A stretch of 64,000 nt of DNA, taken from the NCBI GenBank assembly GCA_963768145.1, contig CAVYHK010000012.1, positions 10,193 through 74,192 of the forward strand, written 5' to 3'. This document shows positions 9,042 to 17,969 of this stretch, in pieces. This DNA is from an uncultured Bacteroidota bacterium (lineage in GTDB: Bacteria > Bacteroidota > Ignavibacteria > Kryptoniales > JAKASW01). Within the stretch, counting starts at the first letter, position 1; each line of letters begins with the position of its first letter. The position numbers and the translations under genes are program-made. Below the pieces are notes generated by a model that saw only the letters and a program-made list of their open reading frames with translations, was not told the DNA's origin and ran no database searches.

Positions 9042-10082
9042 CTACTCGCCCACTTCCACGACAATCTTCCCTGTTGTTCCACCCGATTGAAACACTCTTA
9101 TGGCATCTTTAAGTTTCTCGAATGAAAATACTTTTCCGACGTAAGGCTTATCAAGATGAAGGGATTGAATTTCGTCCAACATTTTCTTTAGCGCATCGAC
9201 TCGGTCGTAAAGCCAAATTAGGTTGAAACCCATGATGGACTTGTTTGATTCGATGAGAGTCAGGGTATGGTACCGCGGCATAGTGATGAATTTGAACGCG
9301 AGCTTGAGGTAGTTTGGCCTTGCTCCGGGCGACGCGAATTCCGAAAGTCCATAAGCCACCAACCTTCCGGTCGTGTTCAGAAAATCGAAGCTGTCTTTCT
9401 GGACTTTTCCTCCAATGGCATCAAGGACTAAATCGAGTTTTTTCCCGTCGAGATGTTTTTTTAATTCTGCTTTGAAATTGCGATTCCTGACTATGATGTC
9501 GTCGAATCCTTCAGACTCCAACCGGTTGATCTTAGACGGACTTCCGATTGTGCCGATGGTATATGCTAGAAATTTCTTTGCGATCCGGTTCGCGTAAGTT
9601 CCGACTCCACCTGCGGCACTGTGTATGAGCACGATCTGTTGAGACGCAAAATCTTGCGTCTTCGCTAAACCTCCAAGCCGGACGAGCGCGTAGTATGCCG
9701 TCAGCGCCTGCACTATGAACGACGCGCCATCTTCAAACGACCAGCCGTCAGGGACTTTCATGACGTACCTGTGGTCGATGTTCAGATGAGTAGTGTATGC
9801 CCCGAACCGCACAGTTCCCATTATCCTGTCGTTGACTTCTACATCGGAGACATTTGTCCCCTTATCCACCACAATTCCACTGAATTCAAGTCCGGGGATG
9901 AAATCTCTTTCCGGTGCAGCGCTGTACAATCCCAGAATCGTAAATACGTCGGCAAAATTGAGACCGATCGCTTTGACTTCGATGCAAACTTCATTTTCGG
10001 CAGGAGGGGGAAGCTCTTCCTCTACTAGCCTTAGATTATTAAGTGAACCAACCTTAGTGATCCTGTAGGACGCTCTCTTCAT
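9042..10082 (-). CDS. MDR-family (quinone oxidoreductase/VAT-1-like) dehydrogenase
   Basis: AIGLNFAD, PGLEFSG, VLIHSAAGGVG, C-terminal TTGKIVV. Confidence 0.88.
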   Translation of the reverse strand: MKRASYRITKVGSLNNLRLVEEELPPPAENEVCIEVKAIGLNFADVFTILGLYSAAPERDFIPGLEFSGIVVDKGTNVSDVEVNDRIMGTVRFGAYTTHLNIDHRYVMKVPDGWSFEDGASFIVQALTAYYALVRLGGLAKTQDFASQQIVLIHSAAGGVGTYANRIAKKFLAYTIGTIGSPSKINRLESEGFDDIIVRNRNFKAELKKHLDGKKLDLVLDAIGGKVQKDSFDFLNTTGRLVAYGLSEFASPGARPNYLKLAFKFITMPRYHTLTLIESNKSIMGFNLIWLYDRVDALKKMLDEIQSLHLDKPYVGKVFSFEKLKDAIRVFQSGGTTGKIVVEVGE

Positions 10083-10386
10083 AATACGCCACCGCAAATA
10101 GTGATTCGATTTGGTTACATTTCAAACTATGAACCACGCGTTTCAAAATCAATTTCTTCCATGGAAGTCTGAGCTTAGGCAGGAGGCGCTCCATCCTCCA
10201 AATAATATAGTCGTCACCCATTATGGTTTCGACAAGAATGTCATCGGGGGTTGCTTAACTTAGATCGTAAGATTTAACTTAGTCGGCAAATTGTGACTGC
10301 GTCTCGTCATGCGCTAAGGTCCAAAAGAATTATGTAGTGGCGAGTTACCAAGAATGATTTTTCTCACTATCCTACAAGGAAATGAA

Positions 10387-11409
10387 ATGGAGACAATTTT
10401 AATAACTGGCGCCAACGGCGAAATAGGACACGGGCTGATTTCATATTTTGCAGAGCGCGAGGACATAAGAGTGGTCGCGCTCGACCTGAATTCTCTTGAC
10501 GATTCCACACGCTCGAAATGTTACAAGACTTACACCGGCGATATTCTTGACGGGCGCTTCCTAGATTCCATGGCAACCGGCCACGACTTCGACACCATTT
10601 ATCATCTTGCCGCTCTCCTCTCCACACGCGCCGAGCGCCAGCCACCAATTGCACACAAAGTCAATGTTGACGGGACACTGAATCTTCTTGAGATGGCCGT
10701 GACACAATCGCGGCTCCAGGGAAAAGAAATAAAATTCGTTTATCCAAGCTCGATCGCGGTCTATGGCCTGCCTGATGTCGCGACGAAACATAAAGTGGGA
10801 AAAATCAAGGAGGACGAGTGGACCGAGCCAAGTACTATGTACGGAATAAATAAACTCTATTGCGAGAGGCTTGGGAGATATTATGCGAAGTTTTATCGCC
10901 AACTCGATGCGCAGCCGATGGGGGGCAAGGTCGATTTCAGATGCGTCAGATTTCCCGGATTGATCAGCGCTGTTACTCTTCCGACGGGTGGCACAAGTGA
11001 CTTCGCGCCGGAGATGCTCCACTATGCCGCCAAGGGCGAAGCATATTCATGCTTCGTTCGCGAAGACACGAGAATTCCATTCATGGCGATGCCGGACGCG
11101 GTGTCGGCGCTTCTCAAACTCGATGCGGCGCCGCACGAGAACCTTGGGCGTCAGGTCTATAATGTCAGCTCATTCTCACCCTCGGCACGCGAGCTGAGCC
11201 AAAGGGTGAAGAAAGCATTCCCATCAGCAGTCACCAACTTTAAACCCGACTTGAAACGGCAAGCTATCCTCGACACCTGGCCCGAAGACGCCGATGATTC
11301 GGAAGCAAGAAAAGACTGGGGGTGGGATCCGGTCTATGGATTCGAGAGAGCGTTCGAAGAGTACTTGGTCCCGGCAGTGTCAAAGTTTTATAAGTCGAGA
11401 CCGAAATAG
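10387..11409 (+). CDS. NAD-dependent epimerase/dehydratase (L-threonine dehydrogenase-like SDR)
   Basis: ITGANGEIG, YHLAALLS, PSSIAVYG, YGINK, RFPGLIS..PTGGTSD. Confidence 0.88.
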   Translation: METILITGANGEIGHGLISYFAEREDIRVVALDLNSLDDSTRSKCYKTYTGDILDGRFLDSMATGHDFDTIYHLAALLSTRAERQPPIAHKVNVDGTLNLLEMAVTQSRLQGKEIKFVYPSSIAVYGLPDVATKHKVGKIKEDEWTEPSTMYGINKLYCERLGRYYAKFYRQLDAQPMGGKVDFRCVRFPGLISAVTLPTGGTSDFAPEMLHYAAKGEAYSCFVREDTRIPFMAMPDAVSALLKLDAAPHENLGRQVYNVSSFSPSARELSQRVKKAFPSAVTNFKPDLKRQAILDTWPEDADDSEARKDWGWDPVYGFERAFEEYLVPAVSKFYKSRPK

Positions 11410-11456
11410 GTCTAAGAACTTCGATTTAGATTGTCAACCTGAGATTTCAGAGGCTC

Positions 11457-13640
11457 CTAGCTTGCCTTCAAGAACTCCAAACTCTCTTTGTAATTCTTCA
11501 AAAGAGTTTCCCGCAACTTTATATGCCCACTTTCTCGGAGGTGTGGATCCCGCTCGGCGATCTTGAACGCCGATCTTCTTGCCTGACTTATTATGTCTCG
11601 GTCTTTGATTAGATCTGCTAACCTCAACGGCGGGATTCCACTCTGTTTGGTTCCGAAAAATTCTCCCGGGCCACGAAGCATGAGATCGTATTCCGCGATT
11701 TTGAAGCCGTCCGATGTGGAGGAGAAAAGCTTGAGTCTCTGGTATGCGAGCGCGTCTTCTCTTGTTCGGATTTTCTTTTCATCCAGATACTGTTCATCCG
11801 TCATGAGAATGCAATAAGACTGATAAATACCGCGCCCTATTCTCCCGCGAAGCTGGTGAAGCTGACTCAGACCAAACCGCTCGGCGTGCTCCACTACCAT
11901 CAAAGTGGCATTTGGAACATCGATCCCGACCTCGATCACGGTCGTCGCAACTAATATGTTTATGGCGTTTTTTTTGAAGGCGAACATGATGTCGTTCTTC
12001 TCTGTCTCCGTCATTTGCCCGTGAACTAGACCGACTCTCAACCCGTGAAAGACCTCATCTCTCAACTGCACAAAGCTTTGCGTTGCAGCTTTCAGATCCG
12101 ACTTTCCTGCCCCTTTGGGGTCCGTTTCGTTAACCAACGGATATACAATAAAAGCCTGCCGCCCCGCCAGGACTTGTTCACGAATAAACTTGTAAATGTT
12201 ATTTCTCCGTGATTCGCCGCGCAACGCCGTCTTAATTTTTTTCCGTCCGCCCGGCATCTTATCAATGACTGAGATGTCAAGGTCGCCATAAATTGTAAGC
12301 GACAGCGTCCTCGGTATCGGAGTTGCCGTCATGACCAATAAATGGGGAGTTTCTCCTTTGGCCTGGAGTGTCATCCGCTGAACGACACCGAAGCGATGCT
12401 GCTCGTCAATCACTATAAGACCAAGCCTATTGAACTTTACTTTCTCCTGAATGAGCGCGTGTGTCCCAACCACAATAGACGCCTTGCCTTCTTCAATATC
12501 TGAATAGACTCGTGTTCTATCTCCCTTCTTTTGACCGCCAACGAGAATTGCAGATTCAATTCCAAGCAGATCGACATATTGTTTCACTGTCGCAAAATGT
12601 TGCGCCGCAAGAATTTCCGTCGGTGCCATGAAAGCTGTCTGGTAACCGTTTTCCACCGCGATGAGAATTGCGATGAGCGCGACAATGGTTTTTCCGCTGC
12701 CGACGTCGCCTTGGAGAAGCCTCTGCATCGGGTGACTCGACTTCATGTCGATGAAGATTTCCTGTAGAACTTTTTTCTGCGACTCAGTGAGTTTGAAGGG
12801 GAGAATCTCGTTTGTCAACTTTCTAACAAGCTGATCTTTTCCAGAGGACATCTGGATGCCAGGTGCAAGTTTCAGAAGATTCCGCCTGATGCCGAGAAGC
12901 AGCTGGAGGTAGAAAAGCTCTTCGAACTTAAACCTGCGCAGCGAATAGTTGAGGCGTTTTTCATCTTTAGGAAAATGAATCGAAACCAATGCCTCCTTAA
13001 AACTCATAAGAGAATTTGTAGACAGGACTTCAGCCGGTAGAACGTCGTCGGGGAATTCGAACTTCTCCTGTGATTCCAAAAGTTTCCAGATGATTCGTCG
13101 CAATCCTCGCGAATCAAGTCCGACCCTTCTCAGTCCTTCGATAGTCGGGTAGACAGGAATTATTCCACCGGTGTGCAAAAACTCCTCGTCCGATTCATCC
13201 TCCAGGTGATCATAATCCGGATGAATAAGACACGGCTCGTCCTGGTACGTTGTAACTTTTCCTGAAAAAGCAATCAGCTCGCCTTCTTTGAATGCATGAG
13301 AAAAGTATTGGACCCCATTAAACCAGACGCACCGCAGCGTCCCTGTTTCATCCGATAATCTCAGGAAAAGGAACTGCCGTCCCCCTCTTTTGACATACAG
13401 CGATTTTATTCTTCCGACAAATGTCACCTCATCCGGCGTTAGCAACGCCGACTGCGCGTCTTTTATCTTGATAATTCGGCTTCTGTCCAGATATTTTCGG
13501 GGAAAATAGTAAAGAAGGTCGAGCGGGGTATTGACGCCGACCGAGGCAAGTGCCTCGGCCCGCCTTGGACCGACTCCCTTTAGGAATTTTATTTCTGTTT
13601 CTGAGACTAAGCGCTTACCGCCGAATGTAGGTTGGGTCAT
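11457..13640 (-). CDS. recG: ATP-dependent DNA helicase RecG (start uncertain)
   Basis: RLLQGDVGSGKT, DEQHRFG, MTATPIPRT, QLHQLRGRIGRG, DLMLRGPGEFFGTKQSG. Confidence 0.97.
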   Translation of the reverse strand: MTQPTFGGKRLVSETEIKFLKGVGPRRAEALASVGVNTPLDLLYYFPRKYLDRSRIIKIKDAQSALLTPDEVTFVGRIKSLYVKRGGRQFLFLRLSDETGTLRCVWFNGVQYFSHAFKEGELIAFSGKVTTYQDEPCLIHPDYDHLEDESDEEFLHTGGIIPVYPTIEGLRRVGLDSRGLRRIIWKLLESQEKFEFPDDVLPAEVLSTNSLMSFKEALVSIHFPKDEKRLNYSLRRFKFEELFYLQLLLGIRRNLLKLAPGIQMSSGKDQLVRKLTNEILPFKLTESQKKVLQEIFIDMKSSHPMQRLLQGDVGSGKTIVALIAILIAVENGYQTAFMAPTEILAAQHFATVKQYVDLLGIESAILVGGQKKGDRTRVYSDIEEGKASIVVGTHALIQEKVKFNRLGLIVIDEQHRFGVVQRMTLQAKGETPHLLVMTATPIPRTLSLTIYGDLDISVIDKMPGGRKKIKTALRGESRRNNIYKFIREQVLAGRQAFIVYPLVNETDPKGAGKSDLKAATQSFVQLRDEVFHGLRVGLVHGQMTETEKNDIMFAFKKNAINILVATTVIEVGIDVPNATLMVVEHAERFGLSQLHQLRGRIGRGIYQSYCILMTDEQYLDEKKIRTREDALAYQRLKLFSSTSDGFKIAEYDLMLRGPGEFFGTKQSGIPPLRLADLIKDRDIISQARRSAFKIAERDPHLRESGHIKLRETLLKNYKESLEFLKAS

Positions 13641-13649
13641 GCGAAAAAC

Positions 13650-13740
13650 ATGGGACACAGACAACACGGAAGGCACAAATCCGTGCAGATAGGAAAATGC
13701 CGCAAACAGACAGATAGGTCATCCTTGGGAATTTGCATCA
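13650..13740. repeat. Degenerate ~9-nt-period repeat
   Basis: GACACAGAC AACACGGAA GGCACAAAT CCGTGCAGAT in the intergenic gap. Confidence 0.4.
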
Positions 13741-14397
13741 TCTAGTCAATCCGCGCTCAATCTTCGCGATAATGTCGTTCAGGTGTTTATGGTTATTGAC
13801 AAAATCTATCCCATCCGACTCGATAACGAGAAGATTGCCAATGCCTGCACCCGAATGCTTCAATCGGGTGTCATATCTCTTGATCCAGTCTTCGTAGCTG
13901 GCGTTCAACCGTTCAAGGTAATCTTTGCTTATGCTTTGCTCGTATTCACGCCCGCGGAGCTTTATTTGTTTCATCAGCGTGTCGATGTTCGCCCGGAGAT
14001 AGATGAGAAGGTCTGGCGGCTTCAAATAATCGACCATGATATTGAAAAGCTCACGGTAGTTCTCGTAGTCGCGTTTGTCCATACTGCCCATTTCATGAAG
14101 GTTGCGGGCGAAGATCTCGACGTCCTCATAAATCGATCTATCCTGTACGACCGATTCCGGCATCTCGATGATTTTCTTGTGGTTCTTGAAGCGATTCGAT
14201 AGGAAGTAAACCTGCAAATGAAATGACCAGCGCTTCATGTCGCCGTAGAAATCGCTAAGGTACGGATTATCATCAACCGATTCAAAGAAAGGTACCCAGC
14301 CGAAATGTTTGCTGAGTAGTTTGGTGAGGGACGATTTCCCGCTGCCGATATTTCCGGCAATGGAAATGAAAACCTTTTTGGGTGACTGGCTCGCCAT
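13738..14397 (-). CDS. Deoxynucleoside kinase
   Basis: IAGNIGSGKS P-loop, QDRSIYED, PPDLLIYL, RGREYE. Confidence 0.93.
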   Translation of the reverse strand: MASQSPKKVFISIAGNIGSGKSSLTKLLSKHFGWVPFFESVDDNPYLSDFYGDMKRWSFHLQVYFLSNRFKNHKKIIEMPESVVQDRSIYEDVEIFARNLHEMGSMDKRDYENYRELFNIMVDYLKPPDLLIYLRANIDTLMKQIKLRGREYEQSISKDYLERLNASYEDWIKRYDTRLKHSGAGIGNLLVIESDGIDFVNNHKHLNDIIAKIERGLTR

Positions 14398-14478
14398 GGA
14401 TGCCTCAGATTTCTATCAATTTAGTTTTGGACTGAAGAAATTGCAACGCAACGGGCGAAAATCGGCAGAAAACTGACA

Positions 14479-15114
14479 TTATTGAGTTCTTGCCAATTCA
14501 ATCAAAATCTTTTTCGCTTCTTCAAGTGCTCTTGCCCGGTGACTCAATTTGTTCTTGAGTTCTGAATCCATTTCCGCATAACTTGTTTCATACCCGTCCG
14601 GGTGGAACAGCGGATCATACCCGAAACCGTTTTTTCCTCTGGCTTCATTCAGGATTCGTCCGGATATTTCACCCGCAGCAATCTCATCTATTCCTTTTCC
14701 GATTATCGAAATCACGCAGCGAAACTTCGCGCCTCTCCTTTCAAGAGGAACGTCTTTCATTTCGAGAAGTAATTTCCTGTTGTTTTGCTCATAAGTTGAG
14801 TTCTCGCCCGAATATCTCGCGGAATAAACCCCCGGCCTTCCGCCGAGAGCATCTACCTCAAGCCCAGTATCGTCTGCAAGCGAAAGAAAATTTTGTCCCG
14901 GCTGGAATTCCGCAGTCGGGATTGAATTTCTAATTGAATCGAAAACAAATCTTGCTTTCTTCCTTGCATTATCTTCCAGTGTCTCTCCGTCTTCCATTAT
15001 CTCGCCAATCTCCGGATAATCATCCAAAGACAAAAGCTCAAATGGAAGATCGGATAGGATGCTTCTGATCTCTTCAACTTTGTGACGATTGTGAGTTGCA
15101 AGAACAATCTTCAT
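14479..15114 (-). CDS. rdgB: Non-canonical purine NTP pyrophosphatase RdgB/HAM1
   Basis: MKIVLATHNRHK, ADDTGLEVDALGGRPGVYSAR, GFGYDP, SHR. Confidence 0.95.
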   Translation of the reverse strand: MKIVLATHNRHKVEEIRSILSDLPFELLSLDDYPEIGEIMEDGETLEDNARKKARFVFDSIRNSIPTAEFQPGQNFLSLADDTGLEVDALGGRPGVYSARYSGENSTYEQNNRKLLLEMKDVPLERRGAKFRCVISIIGKGIDEIAAGEISGRILNEARGKNGFGYDPLFHPDGYETSYAEMDSELKNKLSHRARALEEAKKILIELARTQ

Positions 15115-15129
15115 GAAAGCTCCAAGTTC

Positions 15130-15152
15130 TCCGAATGGATCCCTTCGGGACA
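15130..15152. repeat. Short palindromic element, family A (intergenic copy)
   Basis: TCCGAATGGATCCCTTCGGGACA; 20/23 identical to the copies at 15672 and (reverse) 19822. Confidence 0.75.
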
Positions 15153-15270
15153 AATGCCAACCTCCAAACAAATTCCAATGAGGAAAAACAAAACGCCCAA
15201 ACTCGACTACCTCGTTTTTGCTGTTTTGAATTTTGTTTTTGCTTGGAACTTGGATTTGGGTGTTTGACAC
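15153..15270. repeat. Degenerate heptamer-like inverted repeat element
   Basis: Left arm rich in CCAA/CAAA units (AAATGCCAACCTCCAAACAAATTCCAA) and right arm rich in TTGG/TTTG units (TTGGAACTTGGATTTGGGTGTTTG). Confidence 0.5.
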
Positions 15271-15310
15271 TTATAACGGTCAGGCTGCGGTCGCTGCACA
15301 TTAGAGGTAC

Positions 15311-15559
15311 TCACGTTTGCATTTTACCCGGAAATGCCTTAAAGTAGAGATTGATTGCACTGCCGATCGCCGCGAGCAAATTCAGAGCAACAAAAATAGG
15401 ATCGCCAATTGCATAAATAGTCAATGCGATGCTGCCAAGGGAATACAGCAAAAGGAAGGAGAGTCTCATGTCGGAGCGCTTTGTTCTCACAACCGCTAAC
15501 GTTTGTGGAATCCAGCAAGCAACGATTGCGAGCAAGCCTATTAGGCCGACAATTTTCAT
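15311..15559 (-). CDS. PQ-loop / SemiSWEET-like small membrane protein
   Basis: WIPQ motif and three hydrophobic helices in 82 aa. Confidence 0.7.
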   Translation of the reverse strand: MKIVGLIGLLAIVACWIPQTLAVVRTKRSDMRLSFLLLYSLGSIALTIYAIGDPIFVALNLLAAIGSAINLYFKAFPGKMQT

Positions 15560-15593
15560 TTCACGATCTTACATTTTTGGTTTTTGCTTATTG

Positions 15594-16964
15594 TCACACC
15601 AGCAGTTTCATTGCTTCTGAGATTTTCTGAACCTCGACGATTTCAATTTCTAATTTCGACTTTGCCCCCTTTCCAGATGGATCCCTTCGGGAAAAGTTTG
15701 CATGAGGCACGATTGCCCTCTTGAAACCCAGCTTTGCCGCTTCCTGGACCCGACGCTCGATCTGGCTGACGCTTCTCACCTCTCCGGCGAGTCCAACTTC
15801 CCCAATTACGATTGTGCTCGAGTCAACTGGAATATCTTTATAACTCGAAATGACAGAGACAGCCGCGGCAAGATCGATCGCAGGCTCATCGACCTTGACT
15901 CCACCTGCAACATTAAGAAAAACATCGAATCCGCCTAATTTCAGTCCAAGCCTTTTCTCCACAACTGCGAGGATTATGCTGAGGCGCCGATAATCAAAGC
16001 CGGTCGAGGTGCGTTGCGGTACCGAATAGCCTGTCGGCGCAACGAGCGCCTGGATCTCCAAAAGTATTGGTCTCGTTCCCTCAATAGCAGCGGTCACCGT
16101 CGAGCCGCTGGCGCCGTAGCTTCTTTCAGAGAGGAAAATCTCCGACGGGTTTTCGACTTCGACTAACCCAGATTCTCTCATCTCGAAGATTCCGATCTCA
16201 TTCGTCGATCCAAACCGATTCTTGTTTGCACGGAGAATTCTGAAGGCGTAATGCCGTTCGCCTTCAAGCTGCAATACCGCATCGACAATATGTTCTAGCA
16301 CTTTTGGTCCTGCGGCAATTCCATCTTTCGTTACGTGCCCGACGACAAAAACCGCGGTACCGGTAAGCTTCGCCAGCTGTGCAAGTCTTGCTGAGCATTC
16401 TCGCACCTGGCTGACACTTCCCGGTGCGGACACAACTTCGGGGTGATAGATCGTCTGTATGGAATCGACAATTAGAATCGGCGGATTAAATTCAGAAACG
16501 GCTTTCGTTACCAATTCGAGATCGGTCTCGGAGAGCACAAAAAGATTATTCAGGCTGGTTATCCCCAATCTTTCCGCACGTACTCTAACTTGTGCGCGTG
16601 ATTCTTCGCCGGTCACATAGAGTATCTTGCCTAATTTTGCGTTTCGAGCAAGCTGCATCATTAGAGTTGACTTGCCGACGCCAGGATCTCCAGCGATAAG
16701 GATGATTGACCCTGGTACAATCCCACCTCCAAGCACTCGATCAAATTCTTCAATTCCTGTGGAGAGACGGTTTCCCTCAGTCAAGTCGACTTCGCTCAGC
16801 GGGACAATATCTACTTTTCCCTTGGTCTCCTTGCTCCTGGGAGGCTCGCTGATCAGCTCCTCAACAAAACTGTTCCATTCTCCGCATTCCGGACATCGCC
16901 CGATCCAGCGCGGCGAGACGTACCCGCAGTTCTGACATGCGAACCTGATTGTTTGCTTGGACAT
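15594..16964 (-). CDS. radA: DNA repair protein RadA/Sms
   Basis: CxxC...CxxC zinc finger, GDPGVGKST, KNRFG motif, Lon-like C-terminus. Confidence 0.97.
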   Translation of the reverse strand: MSKQTIRFACQNCGYVSPRWIGRCPECGEWNSFVEELISEPPRSKETKGKVDIVPLSEVDLTEGNRLSTGIEEFDRVLGGGIVPGSIILIAGDPGVGKSTLMMQLARNAKLGKILYVTGEESRAQVRVRAERLGITSLNNLFVLSETDLELVTKAVSEFNPPILIVDSIQTIYHPEVVSAPGSVSQVRECSARLAQLAKLTGTAVFVVGHVTKDGIAAGPKVLEHIVDAVLQLEGERHYAFRILRANKNRFGSTNEIGIFEMRESGLVEVENPSEIFLSERSYGASGSTVTAAIEGTRPILLEIQALVAPTGYSVPQRTSTGFDYRRLSIILAVVEKRLGLKLGGFDVFLNVAGGVKVDEPAIDLAAAVSVISSYKDIPVDSSTIVIGEVGLAGEVRSVSQIERRVQEAAKLGFKRAIVPHANFSRRDPSGKGAKSKLEIEIVEVQKISEAMKLLV

Positions 16965-16968
16965 GACA

Positions 16969-16979
16969 ATTCAATTTAA
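16969..16979. repeat. 11-bp direct repeat ATTCAATTTAA (left flank of R-M module)
   Basis: Identical copy at 18846-18856. Confidence 0.6.
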
Positions 16980-17024
16980 TAAAGATGAGTGGGAAAGGAA
17001 AAACCAGGAATTAAAGATAAGACT

Positions 17025-17969
17025 TTAACCTTTATGTTTTCTACCTTGTCTTAACGTGTATTGGGTTGTCTTTTCGAGAAGCACTAATTGCTCGGCGCGC
17101 TTTCTAATGTCATGATTATGTTTCCTTATATCTGAAGGGAAGTTAAACACAAGAGCCTCAACGATCGCCTTCCTGTTTTCAATCTTTCCCCCAGAATGGT
17201 AAAAATGATCTCTGGTGACAATATTAAAATCAGCCCAGAATTTATCTATCATTACATTTTTTCTGAATTCGTTGTGATGCCATGTAGATAAAATGAATTT
17301 TGCTCTTGTTCTCTTCAACGCTTCGTATAATGTTCTTTCATCATCTTCGGTCCAGCCGTTATAGTAGTCAACATATCTTCCAATATATGGGGGATCACAG
17401 TAAATGATATCATCCTCGTTAGCCATTTCGATTATTTTTTCGAAGCTCCTTTTGTAAAAGAACCACTCAGGGGTAATTATTTGTGACACGTAGTCCACTT
17501 GATTCACAATCTTTGTTATATAGGCTTGTGAGAATCTATTGGGTTTCTTACAGAAGGGAATATTCCAACCACCACTTTTGTTAAATCTCATCATTCCATT
17601 GAACCCAGCCCTCGATAGGAATAAAAAATCTAAAGGATCGCGATTCGAGTTGAATCTGTCTCTTACGAACCGATAGTGTTCGTATCCTTGATCAGGCGCT
17701 TTTCTCAGTTTATCGCCTTCTTTGGTCAAGTATTCTCTCACTATCAGTGGAGTTATTTTTCGGTTTTGAACAGATCTGTAAAAATCTATGATGTAAGGGT
17801 TTGAATCGTTCAAGACGGCGTTGTAGTACCTAGAATTGAACGCCACAACACCCGTTCCCAAGAATGGCTCTACCCACCTTCCACTGACTTTTGGTGCCAA
17901 AGACAAAATCCAAGGAACGAGTTTGGTCTTAATTCCCTGGCTTTTTATGGGAGGTACTACAAGTTTCAT
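17025..17969 (-). CDS. Dam/M.EcoRV-family N6-adenine DNA methyltransferase
   Basis: VPPIKSQGIKTKL N-terminus as in M.EcoRV, EPFLGTG motif I, DPPY motif IV. Confidence 0.92.
   Translation of the reverse strand: MKLVVPPIKSQGIKTKLVPWILSLAPKVSGRWVEPFLGTGVVAFNSRYYNAVLNDSNPYIIDFYRSVQNRKITPLIVREYLTKEGDKLRKAPDQGYEHYRFVRDRFNSNRDPLDFLFLSRAGFNGMMRFNKSGGWNIPFCKKPNRFSQAYITKIVNQVDYVSQIITPEWFFYKRSFEKIIEMANEDDIIYCDPPYIGRYVDYYNGWTEDDERTLYEALKRTRAKFILSTWHHNEFRKNVMIDKFWADFNIVTRDHFYHSGGKIENRKAIVEALVFNFPSDIRKHNHDIRKRAEQLVLLEKTTQYTLRQGRKHKG

Noticed and set aside
15115..15270. N-terminal extension of the rdgB ORF
   Set aside because: It is translated repeat DNA; the family start MKIVLAT is at 15114
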